64,000 nt of DNA from Acidobacteriaceae bacterium (GTDB lineage Bacteria; Acidobacteriota; Terriglobia; Terriglobales; Acidobacteriaceae): contig DATASQ010000050.1 in assembly GCA_036269135.1 (NCBI GenBank), positions 28,734 to 92,733 of the forward strand, read 5' to 3'. This document shows, piece after piece, positions 31,050 through 40,871 of this stretch (positions are counted from its first letter, which is position 1; each line of letters starts with the position of its first letter). The notes under the pieces are model-generated. The model was not told where the DNA came from and searched no databases. It was given only the letters and a program-made list of their open reading frames with translations. Both the position numbers and the translations under genes were made by a program.

Positions 31050-31697
31050 ATGATTCAGGTCATCACGGTAGAACGGGAATATGGCAGCCAGGGCGCGGAT
31101 TTTGCGCACCATCTGGCCGAGCGCCTCGGCTGGAAGCTGATCGACAGCTGCCTCATTGAAGACGTCGCGCGCAAGGCAGGCGTTGCGCCCACCCTGGTCA
31201 AGCGCTTCGACGAGCGCGTCGACCCGTGGTACCACCGCTTCGGCAAAGCCATGTGGGTCGGTTCTCTGGAACGGCTGCCCGGCGATCCCGATGTTTTCGA
31301 CAGCGAACGGATGGTGGAGTTCATCCGAAGCTACTTTTTAGAGCAGGCAGCCGACGGCCGCTGCGTGGTGCTGGGGCGTGGCGCTGCCGCGGTGCTGGCC
31401 CGGGCCGCCGGCGCGTTCCACATCTTCGTCTACGCTTCCCTGCCCAGAAAGGTTCAGTACATCCAGCAGCGTTTCCCTGAGCACGCCAAAGAAGCGGAGA
31501 GCCAGATGCTCGCCATCGACCGGCGCCGCGCCGAGTATATCCGGCGCTTTCATCAGCGCGAATGGGACGATCGCCGGCTCTACCACCTCATGATGAACTC
31601 CTGCATGGGCATGCATTCCATGGTGGAATCCGCCATCATGGCGGCGGGCCTTCACTCCCAGGTTCCGGAAACAGCCGCGCAGCCGACGGCGAGTTAG
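31050..31697 (+). CDS. Cytidylate-kinase-like family protein (P-loop-like NTPase)
   Basis: 'MIQVITVEREYGSQGADFAHHLAERLGWKLID' is the typical start of the Cytidylate_kin2 family. GAGGAA lies 5 nt upstream of the ATG. Confidence 0.7.
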   Translation: MIQVITVEREYGSQGADFAHHLAERLGWKLIDSCLIEDVARKAGVAPTLVKRFDERVDPWYHRFGKAMWVGSLERLPGDPDVFDSERMVEFIRSYFLEQAADGRCVVLGRGAAAVLARAAGAFHIFVYASLPRKVQYIQQRFPEHAKEAESQMLAIDRRRAEYIRRFHQREWDDRRLYHLMMNSCMGMHSMVESAIMAAGLHSQVPETAAQPTAS

Positions 31698-32719
31698 CTG
31701 CGGGCTGCGTGCGGCAGGGGCGACGCTTCGCTCCGATCCCAGACCATGGCGTCGAAGCGGTGCGTCCCGCGAAAGCCCAGCCATTCATAGAGGGAAACCG
31801 CCTTCTGGTTCGACGCCGTAACGGTCAGGGTCAGCAGGCTGAATCTCCGTCTGGCCAGAATCGCCGCGCACTCTTTCATCAGCAACTGGCCCACGCCCCG
31901 TCCGCGGAACTCCGGCGCAACGCAGATTTGCGTTACGTGTCCGACATCGTCGCGCACGCGCGAGCAGAGCAGCAGGCCGGCCAGATCCACGCTCCCGGGC
32001 TCCACCACCGCTCGTGAGGAATCGGCGTCGAAATACCCGCAGCCCGGAAAGCGCACGATATTGTGCAGAAAGCGCTGCGAACCCGAAGCCGTCCGATACT
32101 GCTCGTTGATATGGCTGTCGAGGTGTTCGCGATAGGCCTGGGCAATCAGGCGAGCGGCCGGCCCAAGGTCGGGTTCCGCCCATCGGCGCACTTGCAGGCC
32201 ATCGCCGAGCTGCGCGGAAAGCTGGCCGGGCGCAGGGCCTGCGAAAAGCGCCGCGGCGCCGGAGCTCTGCAGCGGCCATTCCATGAAGATGCGCTCGTAG
32301 ATCTCAAAACCCGCTGCCTCGAAAACCCGCTGATGCGCTCCATGCGGGTGCAGCAGCAGTTGCGATTCGATGCGCGTGATGCCAGGCGTATTTTGCAGCA
32401 TTTCCAGCAGGCGCGACAGCAGCTCGTTGCGGATACCGCCCGCCGATTCGCGCGCTTCCAGCGCAAACACGTCGCCGACCACGGCTTTATGTCCTTCGTA
32501 GACGCAGAAGACATACCCCACGACGCGCCCGTTTTCAACCGCGACATACCCGGGCAGAACGCGCGAGTCCAGGTATTGGAGAAGCAGATCGGCGGAGCCG
32601 CGATAATCCCAGTGCAGCCGCTCGCTCCAGACACGGCTCTCCTCTTCCAGCAGCGGGCGCAGGCTCCCGGCCGAGAAGTGGCGCAGGTCCAACAGTTCGA
32701 ACTGGAGCGCAGAACTCAT
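31694..32719 (-). CDS. Tandem GNAT-domain N-acetyltransferase
   Basis: Two acetyl-CoA motifs: 'RESAGGIRNELLSRLLE' (weak) and 'VAPEFRGRGVGQLLMKE' (classic Q/RxxGxG/A). 341 aa, mycothiol-synthase-like architecture. Confidence 0.75.
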   Translation of the reverse strand: MSSALQFELLDLRHFSAGSLRPLLEEESRVWSERLHWDYRGSADLLLQYLDSRVLPGYVAVENGRVVGYVFCVYEGHKAVVGDVFALEARESAGGIRNELLSRLLEMLQNTPGITRIESQLLLHPHGAHQRVFEAAGFEIYERIFMEWPLQSSGAAALFAGPAPGQLSAQLGDGLQVRRWAEPDLGPAARLIAQAYREHLDSHINEQYRTASGSQRFLHNIVRFPGCGYFDADSSRAVVEPGSVDLAGLLLCSRVRDDVGHVTQICVAPEFRGRGVGQLLMKECAAILARRRFSLLTLTVTASNQKAVSLYEWLGFRGTHRFDAMVWDRSEASPLPHAARS

Positions 32720-32790
32720 GGATACAGACCTGCCCCGACCCGGCTGACGGGTCCCGAGCTATTTCACCCGGGTGGAGTGCGGAAAACTGC

Positions 32791-34872
32791 TCAATGGCTG
32801 CGAACTGCGGCGGTTTCTGACGATCGGGCTCGAACGTCGTACACCACCAGATTTTGCGCAGGGTAGGTGAAGAGCGGCTCGTAGTCCCTTCCCTGCAGTT
32901 TTTGGCTAAGGTCGGGAATGGCCGATTCCGGAACCACGAGCAGATGCTGCCGATCCGGAACCCCATCCCGCATAATGCCACCGACGAACTGCGGATTCTT
33001 GCCTGGAATTCGCGGATCGAGCACCTCGAATTCCAGCCGGACACCCGGTTTCCAGCTGGCCCGCATGGCATCGAAATCTGCCGCGTTCAGCACCGGCTGG
33101 CCGTTCACTGCCACAACGTCGTCGCCGATCAGGCTGCGCAAACCCATCTCCTCGGCCGACGACCCTTCCTTGACGTCATCCAGCACCACCCCCTGCGGCC
33201 CGTGATCGGCGCTCGCCGGTGGATTGGTGACGGTGATGCCAATATCGTAATTCACCACCCTCTCATTGCGATAGAAAGAGATTCCGTACTGAACATCCCG
33301 GCGCACATGCCACACCGCCACCAGGCCGGGGGGCGGGGTGATTTTGTTCAGGATCTGCGCCAGCGGGCGCGCCGAGTAGGTCATGTCCATCAGGTTGATG
33401 TTGTGCTTGGTATTGGGCACCGGTCCGATGCCAAATACCGGTCCCACGCCGAAGATGTACAGCAGCAGGATGATCATCGGCGTCATGGTGGCCACCCGCA
33501 GACGGTGCAGCCCGAACCGCGCCACGGTGATCAGGATGAACACGACCACGGCCACGCCCACCATGCTCGCCGCCACGATCGCCTTCCCCGGAGGAATCGC
33601 CTCCGGGTTGTGCAGGTGCAGCGGCATCAGCAGCACGAACATGGTCAGGATGCCGGTCGAGATGGCATGGACCACGAGGATCCAGGTCTTCAGCCCCCGG
33701 CCGCGAATGCGGTTGAGGTAATCGCCCGCCAAAATAGCCAGCGGCGGTAACGCGGGCAGCACATAGCCGGGCAGCTTCGACTCGGAAAAGGAGAAGAAGA
33801 CGATCGGCACCAGCGCCCACAGCACCAGAAACTCCGGAAAAGCGTCCCCCGCGCGTCCGTGACCGACGTAATGGAATTTCGACCGCCGGGCCTTCCATTC
33901 GTTGATCGAGCCGCCGACGGCATCCACAAAGGAGGTCACGGCAATCACCGCCCACGGGGTAAGCCCCAGCAGGACCACCGGCACGTAGTACCAGAACGGG
34001 TGATAGTGCTCGAAGCGGTTCGTGGCGAAGCGCTCGAGGTTGTGCTCGAGGAAAAAGATCTTGAGAAAGGTCGGATTGCGCCGCTGCACCGCAATGAACC
34101 ACGGCAAAACCATGGCGAAGTACAGGACGATCCCCGGCCACCACAAACTTCGTCGAAACAGCGACCACTCGCGCCGCAGGCCGGCGAAAATGCCGATGAT
34201 CACCAGCGCCATGAACGGCGCCACCGGACCTTTGGCCAGGGTGGCGGCGCCCACGAAAAAGTAAATGTCAAAGAGCCAGAACTTACTGTTCGTCTCGTAC
34301 CAGGCATACCAGCCCAGCATGCCGATGCAGAAGGGCGCCGCCAGCTGCATGTCGGTGGACGCGCCGCGCGCAAAGCTCAGAATGCCCGCGCAGGAGGCCG
34401 TGATCAGCGCCGCGTCCAGCTGGCCTCCGTTACGGAAGCGCCGGATGTGCAGGTAGATGAGCACCACCAGCATGAAGGCGAAACTGGCGGAAGGCAGGCG
34501 CGCCGACCAGTCGTGAATGCCAAACTCGCGGAAAGCGAACATGGCGCGCCAGTAATAGAGCGCCGGTTTTTCCAGCCAGGGATGACCCCAGAGCACCGGT
34601 GTGACGTAGTCTTTGCGCGTCAGCATCTCGCGCGCCACCTGGGCATAGCGCGGCTCGTCGGCCCCCACCAGGCCGATGCCGTCGCCGCCAAAGATGGGCA
34701 CGAGTCCGTAGAAGAAGAAGAACGCGGTCAGGCAGAAAAGGGTCGCCGCTTCGGCGATCTCCGCCATGGCGGGAAACCGGAGACGGGCCTGGGCGAAAAG
34801 GCTCGGCCGCCCCGGCGCGACGTCGCCGGAGTTTCTTTTGTTGAGTTTCGAGCGCTTCGGAGTCTCGGCCAC
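32791..34872 (-). CDS. GT-C glycosyltransferase, family 39/83 (PMT_2/ArnT-like), with PDZ domain embedded in the C-terminal periplasmic region
   Basis: 'GADEPRYAQVAREMLTRKDYVTPVLWGHPWLEKPALYYW' (DE-loop of ArnT/PMT enzymes) and about 12 TM helices. Residues around 555-620, 'GVVLDDVKEGSSAEEMGLRSLIGDDVVAVNGQPVLNAADF', are PDZ-like. Confidence 0.8.
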   Translation of the reverse strand: MAETPKRSKLNKRNSGDVAPGRPSLFAQARLRFPAMAEIAEAATLFCLTAFFFFYGLVPIFGGDGIGLVGADEPRYAQVAREMLTRKDYVTPVLWGHPWLEKPALYYWRAMFAFREFGIHDWSARLPSASFAFMLVVLIYLHIRRFRNGGQLDAALITASCAGILSFARGASTDMQLAAPFCIGMLGWYAWYETNSKFWLFDIYFFVGAATLAKGPVAPFMALVIIGIFAGLRREWSLFRRSLWWPGIVLYFAMVLPWFIAVQRRNPTFLKIFFLEHNLERFATNRFEHYHPFWYYVPVVLLGLTPWAVIAVTSFVDAVGGSINEWKARRSKFHYVGHGRAGDAFPEFLVLWALVPIVFFSFSESKLPGYVLPALPPLAILAGDYLNRIRGRGLKTWILVVHAISTGILTMFVLLMPLHLHNPEAIPPGKAIVAASMVGVAVVVFILITVARFGLHRLRVATMTPMIILLLYIFGVGPVFGIGPVPNTKHNINLMDMTYSARPLAQILNKITPPPGLVAVWHVRRDVQYGISFYRNERVVNYDIGITVTNPPASADHGPQGVVLDDVKEGSSAEEMGLRSLIGDDVVAVNGQPVLNAADFDAMRASWKPGVRLEFEVLDPRIPGKNPQFVGGIMRDGVPDRQHLLVVPESAIPDLSQKLQGRDYEPLFTYPAQNLVVYDVRARSSETAAVRSH

Positions 34873-34881
34873 GGTTCCGAG

Positions 34882-35949
34882 TCAGGCTAACAGATTCCTA
34901 TTGGGTTCCATCGGATTCGATGCAGAACCGGATACCACAGTCATCAATTCCCGCCGCATGGTCTCCAGAATGCGCCCGGTGGCGCCCGCCAGCGAACCCT
35001 CCAGGGTGCAGCCTCCCGCGTGCCGATGGCCGCCCCCGCCAAAGCTCGCGGCAATCCGCGCCACATCCAGCCCGCCCTTGCTGCGCAGCGACAGCCGCAC
35101 CCGCCCGTCCGGCAGCTCGCGCAGCAGCACCGCCCCCTCCACGCCGGCAATCCCGATCGCGTAGTTCACAATCCCTTCGCAGTCCTCCTCGGCGGCGCCG
35201 GCCCGCGCCATATCGGCATGGGTCACCCACAGCCAGGCCAGACGGCCTTCGCGGTGCAGGTTGGAGAGCGCGGCGCCCAGCAGCATCATCTTGGAGAGCG
35301 GATTGGAAAAATAGACCTCGCGCGCAATCCTCGCCGGATCGGCGCCGCACGCCACCAGCGTTCCGGCCAGCTCGAAGGCATGGGCATCCGTCCCCTCATA
35401 GCAAAAAGATCCCGTATCGGTCAGCAGGGCCGCGTACAGGCAGGCCGCCATGGCCGGGGACACCTCCACCGATACCGCCTGCGCCAGCTTGTAGACCATT
35501 TCCGCGACCGCGCAGGCATCGTTCTCGATCCAGTTCACGTCCGCGAATGCCCGGCCGGTGGCATGGTGGTCGATGTTGACCAGCACCCGCCCCTCCAGCC
35601 CGGCCAGGCGCGAGCGTGGTATGCCGTCGCACTCCAGCAGGATCACCGCGTCGTAATCGCCCTCCACGCGCTGGCTGTGGCGGATCGTCTCCGCGCACGG
35701 GAGCGATCGATAGATCCGCGGCACCGGATCGGCCGAAAACAGATCCCCCTGCTTGCCCAGTTGCGCCAGGATCATGCCGCAGGCCAGCATCGATCCGACG
35801 GCATCGCCGTCGGGCCGTGCGTGCGAACCGATGGCGAATCGCCACCCCTTCCGGATCACGTCCAGGACCGCGGAAAGTCCTTCGCGGTTCGGAAGCGCCC
35901 CCGCGCCCTGAGTGCTGCGCCCGACCGGAATGTCGTGTCCTGCCGCCAT
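34882..35949 (-). CDS. nrnA: DHH-family phosphoesterase (NrnA-like oligoribonuclease/pAp phosphatase)
   Basis: 'HARPDGDAVGS', 'NIDHHATG', DHHA1 'GGGGHRHAGG'. Lies next to rbfA, as in many bacteria. Confidence 0.8.
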   Translation of the reverse strand: MAAGHDIPVGRSTQGAGALPNREGLSAVLDVIRKGWRFAIGSHARPDGDAVGSMLACGMILAQLGKQGDLFSADPVPRIYRSLPCAETIRHSQRVEGDYDAVILLECDGIPRSRLAGLEGRVLVNIDHHATGRAFADVNWIENDACAVAEMVYKLAQAVSVEVSPAMAACLYAALLTDTGSFCYEGTDAHAFELAGTLVACGADPARIAREVYFSNPLSKMMLLGAALSNLHREGRLAWLWVTHADMARAGAAEEDCEGIVNYAIGIAGVEGAVLLRELPDGRVRLSLRSKGGLDVARIAASFGGGGHRHAGGCTLEGSLAGATGRILETMRRELMTVVSGSASNPMEPNRNLLA

Positions 35950-36002
35950 GATCCCTGATTCTCAGCCACTCGCCCGAGCCACTGGTTCCCAGCCTGCCGT
36001 TC

Positions 36003-36392
36003 TCAGCCTGCCTGGTGCCGATCCGCCGCCGCCTGCCGCTTCCGGGTCCGCCCCAGCAGCTCGTCGATCCTTGCCTTCATCTTCTCGGAGCGGTCGATGT
36101 GGAACGTCAGTTCCGGCACAAAGCGCACGCCCATCCGCTCCAGCAGCTCATGCCGGATGTAGCCGCGTGCCGCCATCAAGCCATCCAGCGTGTCGGCTTC
36201 TTCCCTGGCGCCGCCATCCACCGCCACATAGATCAGCGCCGATTTCCCCCCCGGATTCAGCACCACCTGGCTGACGTAGGCGAAGCTGATTCGCGGATCC
36301 GAAAGCTCGCCCTCGATCATCGCCCCAATCTCATCGCGCAGCGTCTCCGCCACGCGCTCCTGATGGTATTTCCGACTTCTCTGCTCCGGCAT
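36003..36392 (-). CDS. rbfA: Ribosome-binding factor A
   Basis: 'RVAETLRDEIGAMI...DPRISFAYVSQVVLNPGGKSALIYV', 129 aa. Confidence 0.9.
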   Translation of the reverse strand: MPEQRSRKYHQERVAETLRDEIGAMIEGELSDPRISFAYVSQVVLNPGGKSALIYVAVDGGAREEADTLDGLMAARGYIRHELLERMGVRFVPELTFHIDRSEKMKARIDELLGRTRKRQAAADRHQAG

Positions 36393-36553
36393 AACTCAAC
36401 TCCTCCCACCGCTGCCCCGGTGGGATTACCAATATGGAATAAACGCTTGAGAATATCAGACCTGGAGGGTCGTTGAACCCCCTCCTTTGCCTGCTCACAA
36501 AGAAATTGAACCCGAATCGGGCAGGGAAGATGTTTTGCGCGAATCCGACGGGT

Positions 36554-38524
36554 CTACACCACCCGCAGCACCAGCACCGTCTCGTCGTCGAACCGGTCCC
36601 GCTTTCCCTGGAAGCGGCCCACTTCCGTAAGCACGCTCTCGGCCAGCTTCGACGCCGACTTCTGGCGATACTTCCGCACACACGCGAGCAGCCGATCGTT
36701 CCCGAACATCTCGCCCGCCGCATTCTGCGCATCCACAATGCCATCGCTGAAGAACACCACCGAATCGCCCGGCTGGGTGGCGATGCTGAATTGCTCCCAC
36801 GTGGCATTGGGAAACATGCCCAGGGGGAAGCCTTCCGCGCGAATGGTCTCGATCTCGTCGCCGTGGCAGAAAAGCGGCTGCACCGATCCGCCGTTGGCGA
36901 TTTGCAGGGTCAGGTTCTCGTCGTTCCACAGGCCGTACAGCATGGTCACGTACTGCGAGTCGAGCTTGCGCTCCTGCAGCGCATCGTTGAGCATGCGCAG
37001 CATCTCGGAAGGCGAAGGATGCTGGCTGGCCGCCGAGCGCATGATGCCGCTCACCAGAGCTGCATAGAGCGCCGCCGGCGCCGCCTTCCCGCTCACATCC
37101 CCCAGAGCAATCGCGCTGCGGTTCACGTCGTAGGGCAGGAAGTCGTAGAGATCCCCGCCAATGGTGCGCGCCGGCAAAAAACGCGCGGCAAACTCCGCCC
37201 GCTTGTGCTGCGGCTTCGCGGGAGGCAGCAGGCGCAGCTGCACCTCGCGCGCCATGGCCAGATCCCGCTCCAGACGCTGTTCCTGCTGGGCCACGCGCTG
37301 GTACAGTTGCGCGTTTTCCAGGGCGATGGCCAGCTGTGCCGCCAGCGTTGTGACCGACCGCTCATGGTCTTCGTTGAAAAAATGCGCGCGGGGATGTTCG
37401 ATGTCCAGCGCACCGATCGCCCGCCCCTTATAGATCAGCGGCACCACCATCTCGGAGCGCGTCTCCGGATTCACCATCCGGTAACGCGAATCCTTGCGGA
37501 CGTCGCTCACCAGAAGCGCGCGCCTTTCCTCAATGGCCGCGCCGACCAGACCCTGGCCCAGCGCGAGCGGCTCCCCTTTTACCCCGGTCGTCGCATTCCC
37601 GCTTCCGGCTGCGGCCGCTGAGGCCAGCGTTTCCGGGCCCGCCGTCGAGGAGGACTCCCACAGGCTCCGCCGCTCCTCACGCGGCTTGCCCTCGTGCCGC
37701 GGTGGCAGGCGAATCGCCAGCCTGCTTTCAATCACGTTGTCGCGCTCGTTCACCAGCCACACCGACAGCATCTGGTAGTCGATAATGCGGCGGATCAGCT
37801 GACCCACCCGCTGCAGCAGCTCGTCCGGATCCAGAATCGACGTGATCTCCCGGCTGATCTCGTTCAGCACCTGCAGCGTCTGCGCCTGTCGCGACACCCG
37901 CGTATACAGCCGCGCGTTCTCAATGGCTCCGGCAATGCGCGAGGCCGTCAGCGTGAGCAGGTGCAGATGCTCCGGCTTGAAATAATTCAGCTGTTCGGAC
38001 TGGATATCGATCACGCCGATCACCCGATTCTTCGTGATCAGCGGAACCGCCAGCTCCGAACGCACCTCGGGATTGGCATCGATGTAGTTTTCTGTCCGGG
38101 TAACGTCGTTGATCAGCATGGCCTGGCGCGTCTGCGCCACCTGGCCGACAATCCCCTGTCCCATGCGAATCCGCAGCCGCTCGACCTCCGGCCGGTGACC
38201 GATCTGGAAACGCATGCGCAGATCGTGGGTGCGGTCATTAATCAGCAGGATGGCGAAAATCTTATAGTCGATCACCGCTCGCACCAGCGACGCCGTGCGT
38301 TCGAGCAGGGTACGCAGATCGAGCGTGGTGTTCAGCGTGTCGGCCAGCCGGATCAGGAACTCCGTCTGCAGCGGATCGACCTGCACCTGGGCGGACCGCG
38401 GCGCCGTTTCCGGCGAAACCGGCCGGTAATCCCCTTCCCATTCGTGTTCGGCGTGCCGGGCCTGGTCCGTCGTTTTATTCCGGGGATCTTCGCTCACAAT
38501 TCTCCTGGGCGCGCACGGCGGCAC
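36554..38524 (-). CDS. GAF-GAF-PP2C (SpoIIE/RsbU-type) serine phosphatase
   Basis: Two GAF-like blocks ('...LAVPLITKNRVIGVIDIQS', '...MVVPLIYKGRAIGALDIEH') and a C-terminal PP2C domain 'GGDLYDF...ALGDVSGKAAPAAL...FFSDGIVDA'. Confidence 0.85.
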   Translation of the reverse strand: MPPCAPRRIVSEDPRNKTTDQARHAEHEWEGDYRPVSPETAPRSAQVQVDPLQTEFLIRLADTLNTTLDLRTLLERTASLVRAVIDYKIFAILLINDRTHDLRMRFQIGHRPEVERLRIRMGQGIVGQVAQTRQAMLINDVTRTENYIDANPEVRSELAVPLITKNRVIGVIDIQSEQLNYFKPEHLHLLTLTASRIAGAIENARLYTRVSRQAQTLQVLNEISREITSILDPDELLQRVGQLIRRIIDYQMLSVWLVNERDNVIESRLAIRLPPRHEGKPREERRSLWESSSTAGPETLASAAAAGSGNATTGVKGEPLALGQGLVGAAIEERRALLVSDVRKDSRYRMVNPETRSEMVVPLIYKGRAIGALDIEHPRAHFFNEDHERSVTTLAAQLAIALENAQLYQRVAQQEQRLERDLAMAREVQLRLLPPAKPQHKRAEFAARFLPARTIGGDLYDFLPYDVNRSAIALGDVSGKAAPAALYAALVSGIMRSAASQHPSPSEMLRMLNDALQERKLDSQYVTMLYGLWNDENLTLQIANGGSVQPLFCHGDEIETIRAEGFPLGMFPNATWEQFSIATQPGDSVVFFSDGIVDAQNAAGEMFGNDRLLACVRKYRQKSASKLAESVLTEVGRFQGKRDRFDDETVLVLRVV

Positions 38525-38603
38525 GCGACCGAACGATTGCCATCATACGGTGTTTTCCATCCTCGCGGGACATGCCTGGCGAGCGCCTTCCGGCCGCCGG
38601 AGA

Positions 38604-39359
38604 TTATGCGCTCAGTTCGTGGAGTATCGCCACGCCCGCGCTGGCGCCCAGACGATTCGCCCCCGCTTCCAGCATCCGCCGCGCATCGGCCAGGGTGCGA
38701 ATGCCTCCCGAGGCCTTCACCCCGCACCGTCCGCCCGCCACCCCCCGCAGCATGGCCACATCTTCCGGCGTCGCTCCCCCCGTCGAAAACCCCGTGCTGG
38801 TCTTCAGAAAGTCCGCGCCCGCGGCAATCGCCAGCTCCGACGCCCGCAGCTTTTCCTCCACACTGAGCAGGCACGTTTCCAGGATCACCTTCACGATCGA
38901 CCCGGCGTCGTGGCACACTTCCACCACGCCGCGGATCTCCTGCTGCGCGGCATGGTTCTCCCCGGATTTCAGCAGCCCGATGTTGATCACCATGTCCACA
39001 TCGTGCGCGCCCAGCTTCACCAGCGCGGCCGCCTCCTCGCGCTTGGTGCTGCCCAGCGAAGCGCCCAGCGGAAAGCCCACCACCGCGCCTACCGGAATGC
39101 CGCTGCCGGCCAGCTCCGCATAGGCCAGAGCGGTCCACGTGGGATTGACCATGGCCGAGGCAAAGCCGTGTTGTGCCGCTTCCTGGCAGAGGCGGACCAC
39201 CTGGTCTTCGGTCGCGTCCGGCTTCAGCAGAGTGTGGTCGATGACCGCGGCCAGGTACCGCCGCGAGCCCAGCGCCTGTCGCGCAAAGCTCTCCGCGTCG
39301 AACCCGGTTACTTCCCGTTCTTCGTCTTCCTGATCGAGGAGGTGAATCTGCGTACTCAT
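38604..39359 (-). CDS. deoC: Deoxyribose-phosphate aldolase
   Basis: 'IDHTLLKPDAT', Schiff-base Lys in 'FLKTSTGF', 'VKASGGIRT'. ATG 39359 ('MSTQIH') is preferred over the longer ORF. Confidence 0.9.
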   Translation of the reverse strand: MSTQIHLLDQEDEEREVTGFDAESFARQALGSRRYLAAVIDHTLLKPDATEDQVVRLCQEAAQHGFASAMVNPTWTALAYAELAGSGIPVGAVVGFPLGASLGSTKREEAAALVKLGAHDVDMVINIGLLKSGENHAAQQEIRGVVEVCHDAGSIVKVILETCLLSVEEKLRASELAIAAGADFLKTSTGFSTGGATPEDVAMLRGVAGGRCGVKASGGIRTLADARRMLEAGANRLGASAGVAILHELSA

Positions 39360-39375
39360 GGGGGCAAAACTCCTT

Positions 39376-39969
39376 TCAGCCCGCCGATTCTTTCGGATTT
39401 CCCGCACTGCCCGCATTCGGGGCTCCGGAAACGTCCAACGGCATCAGACAGATGTCCGGCAGGTTCCGGTAGCGTTCCGCGAAATCCATCCCATAACCAA
39501 TAACGAACTGATTGGGAATGGTAAATCCCACATAATCGGCATCGATTTTTACCAGCCGCCGCGACGGCTTGTCGAGCAGCGCCGCAATCCGCAGCGTTTT
39601 CGGGTGGTGTTGTTCCAGCAGGTTGCGGAGGAACCCCAGAGTCAGGCCGGTATCCAGAATGTCCTCCACGAGAATCACGTTCTTCCCTTCAATCGAGTGG
39701 TCCAGATCTTTGATGAGCTTGACCGCCCCGGTGGTGTGCTGTTCTTTTCCGTAGCTCGAGACCGCCACAAAATCAAAGGTGTTGTCCACGCAGATGCTGC
39801 GCGCCAGGTCGGCCAGAAAAATGGCTGCGCCCTTCAACACGCCCACCAGCACGATCTTCTCGCCGGCATAATCCCGATCGATCTGTCGTCCCATTTCGCT
39901 CACGCGATGGCGAATGCGCTCGCGGCTGAACAAAACTTCAAGCCCCGCATGAATCCCGGTCGTGCTCAC
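39376..39969 (-). CDS. hpt: Hypoxanthine-guanine phosphoribosyltransferase
   Basis: 'LVGVLKGAAIFLADL', PRPP loop 'LVEDILDTGLTL', 'KIDADYVGF'. GTG 39969 is a plausible start. Start uncertain. Confidence 0.85.
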   Translation of the reverse strand: MSTTGIHAGLEVLFSRERIRHRVSEMGRQIDRDYAGEKIVLVGVLKGAAIFLADLARSICVDNTFDFVAVSSYGKEQHTTGAVKLIKDLDHSIEGKNVILVEDILDTGLTLGFLRNLLEQHHPKTLRIAALLDKPSRRLVKIDADYVGFTIPNQFVIGYGMDFAERYRNLPDICLMPLDVSGAPNAGSAGNPKESAG

Positions 39970-40021
39970 AGGTCCGATTATCTCCAATCCCCTTGTGGAA
40001 GCTATACTGGATCGACGCCGC

Positions 40022-40855
40022 ATGTATCCATTTATTCATATTGGACGCTTTTCCATCGGTACTTTTGGCATTCTCCTGTGGCTGGCCGCCGTCGCCGGCT
40101 GCTGGATTCTCTGGCTGAATTTCAAGCGCTGGCGCATCAACGCCGACGCCGTCAGTATCGTCGCCATTGCGACCGTCGCCGGCGTCATCGGCGCCAAGCT
40201 CTGGCATGTGCTGGAAACGCCTCACGCCCTGATGGCCCATCCCGCCGACCTGCTCTTCGACCGTGCCGGTTTTGCCTGGTACGGGGGCCTCATCGTCGGC
40301 ATTCTGGCCCTGCTCTGGCAGGCCCGCGTCTATAAGCTCGGCTCGCTCCGGATGCTGGACCTGGCCGCGCCCGCCGCCGCTCTGGGCTACGGCGTCGGCC
40401 GCCTCGGCTGCCTCATCTCCGGCGACGGCGATTACGGCCAGCCGACCCATCTGCCCTGGGGCATCGCCATGCCGAACGGCCTGGTGCCCACGACGCAGGT
40501 CTGCGTGGAATGGGGCTGGCCCGCGAGTTGCCGCGTCCAGCCTACGCCGATCTACGAATTGCTCGGCGCGATTCTCATCTGCTGGATCCTGTGGAAGCGC
40601 AGCTCCCCGCAAAACCCCAAGCCCCTGGGCGAGATTACCGGCGAGTATCTGGTCCTGACCGGCATCGCGCGCTTTCTGGTGGAGTTCATCCGCATCAATC
40701 CCCGCGTGCTGTGGGGCATGACCAATGCCCAGGCAGCCAGCCTGGGTTCCATCGTTTTCGGCCTGGTCCTCATCCTCCTGGCGCGCGCCCATGCCGCCAG
40801 AAAGAACGCTTCCGGCACAGGGCAGCCCGCCGCGACGGCTCACACGACGATCTGA
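40022..40855 (+). CDS. lgt: Prolipoprotein diacylglyceryl transferase
   Basis: 'FGILLWLAAVAG', 'WYGGLIVG', 'GRLGCLISGDGDYG', 'PTPIYE'. ATG 40022 ('MYPFIH'). Confidence 0.9.
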   Translation: MYPFIHIGRFSIGTFGILLWLAAVAGCWILWLNFKRWRINADAVSIVAIATVAGVIGAKLWHVLETPHALMAHPADLLFDRAGFAWYGGLIVGILALLWQARVYKLGSLRMLDLAAPAAALGYGVGRLGCLISGDGDYGQPTHLPWGIAMPNGLVPTTQVCVEWGWPASCRVQPTPIYELLGAILICWILWKRSSPQNPKPLGEITGEYLVLTGIARFLVEFIRINPRVLWGMTNAQAASLGSIVFGLVLILLARAHAARKNASGTGQPAATAHTTI

Positions 40856-40871
40856 GCGGCGCCGCCGGCAT

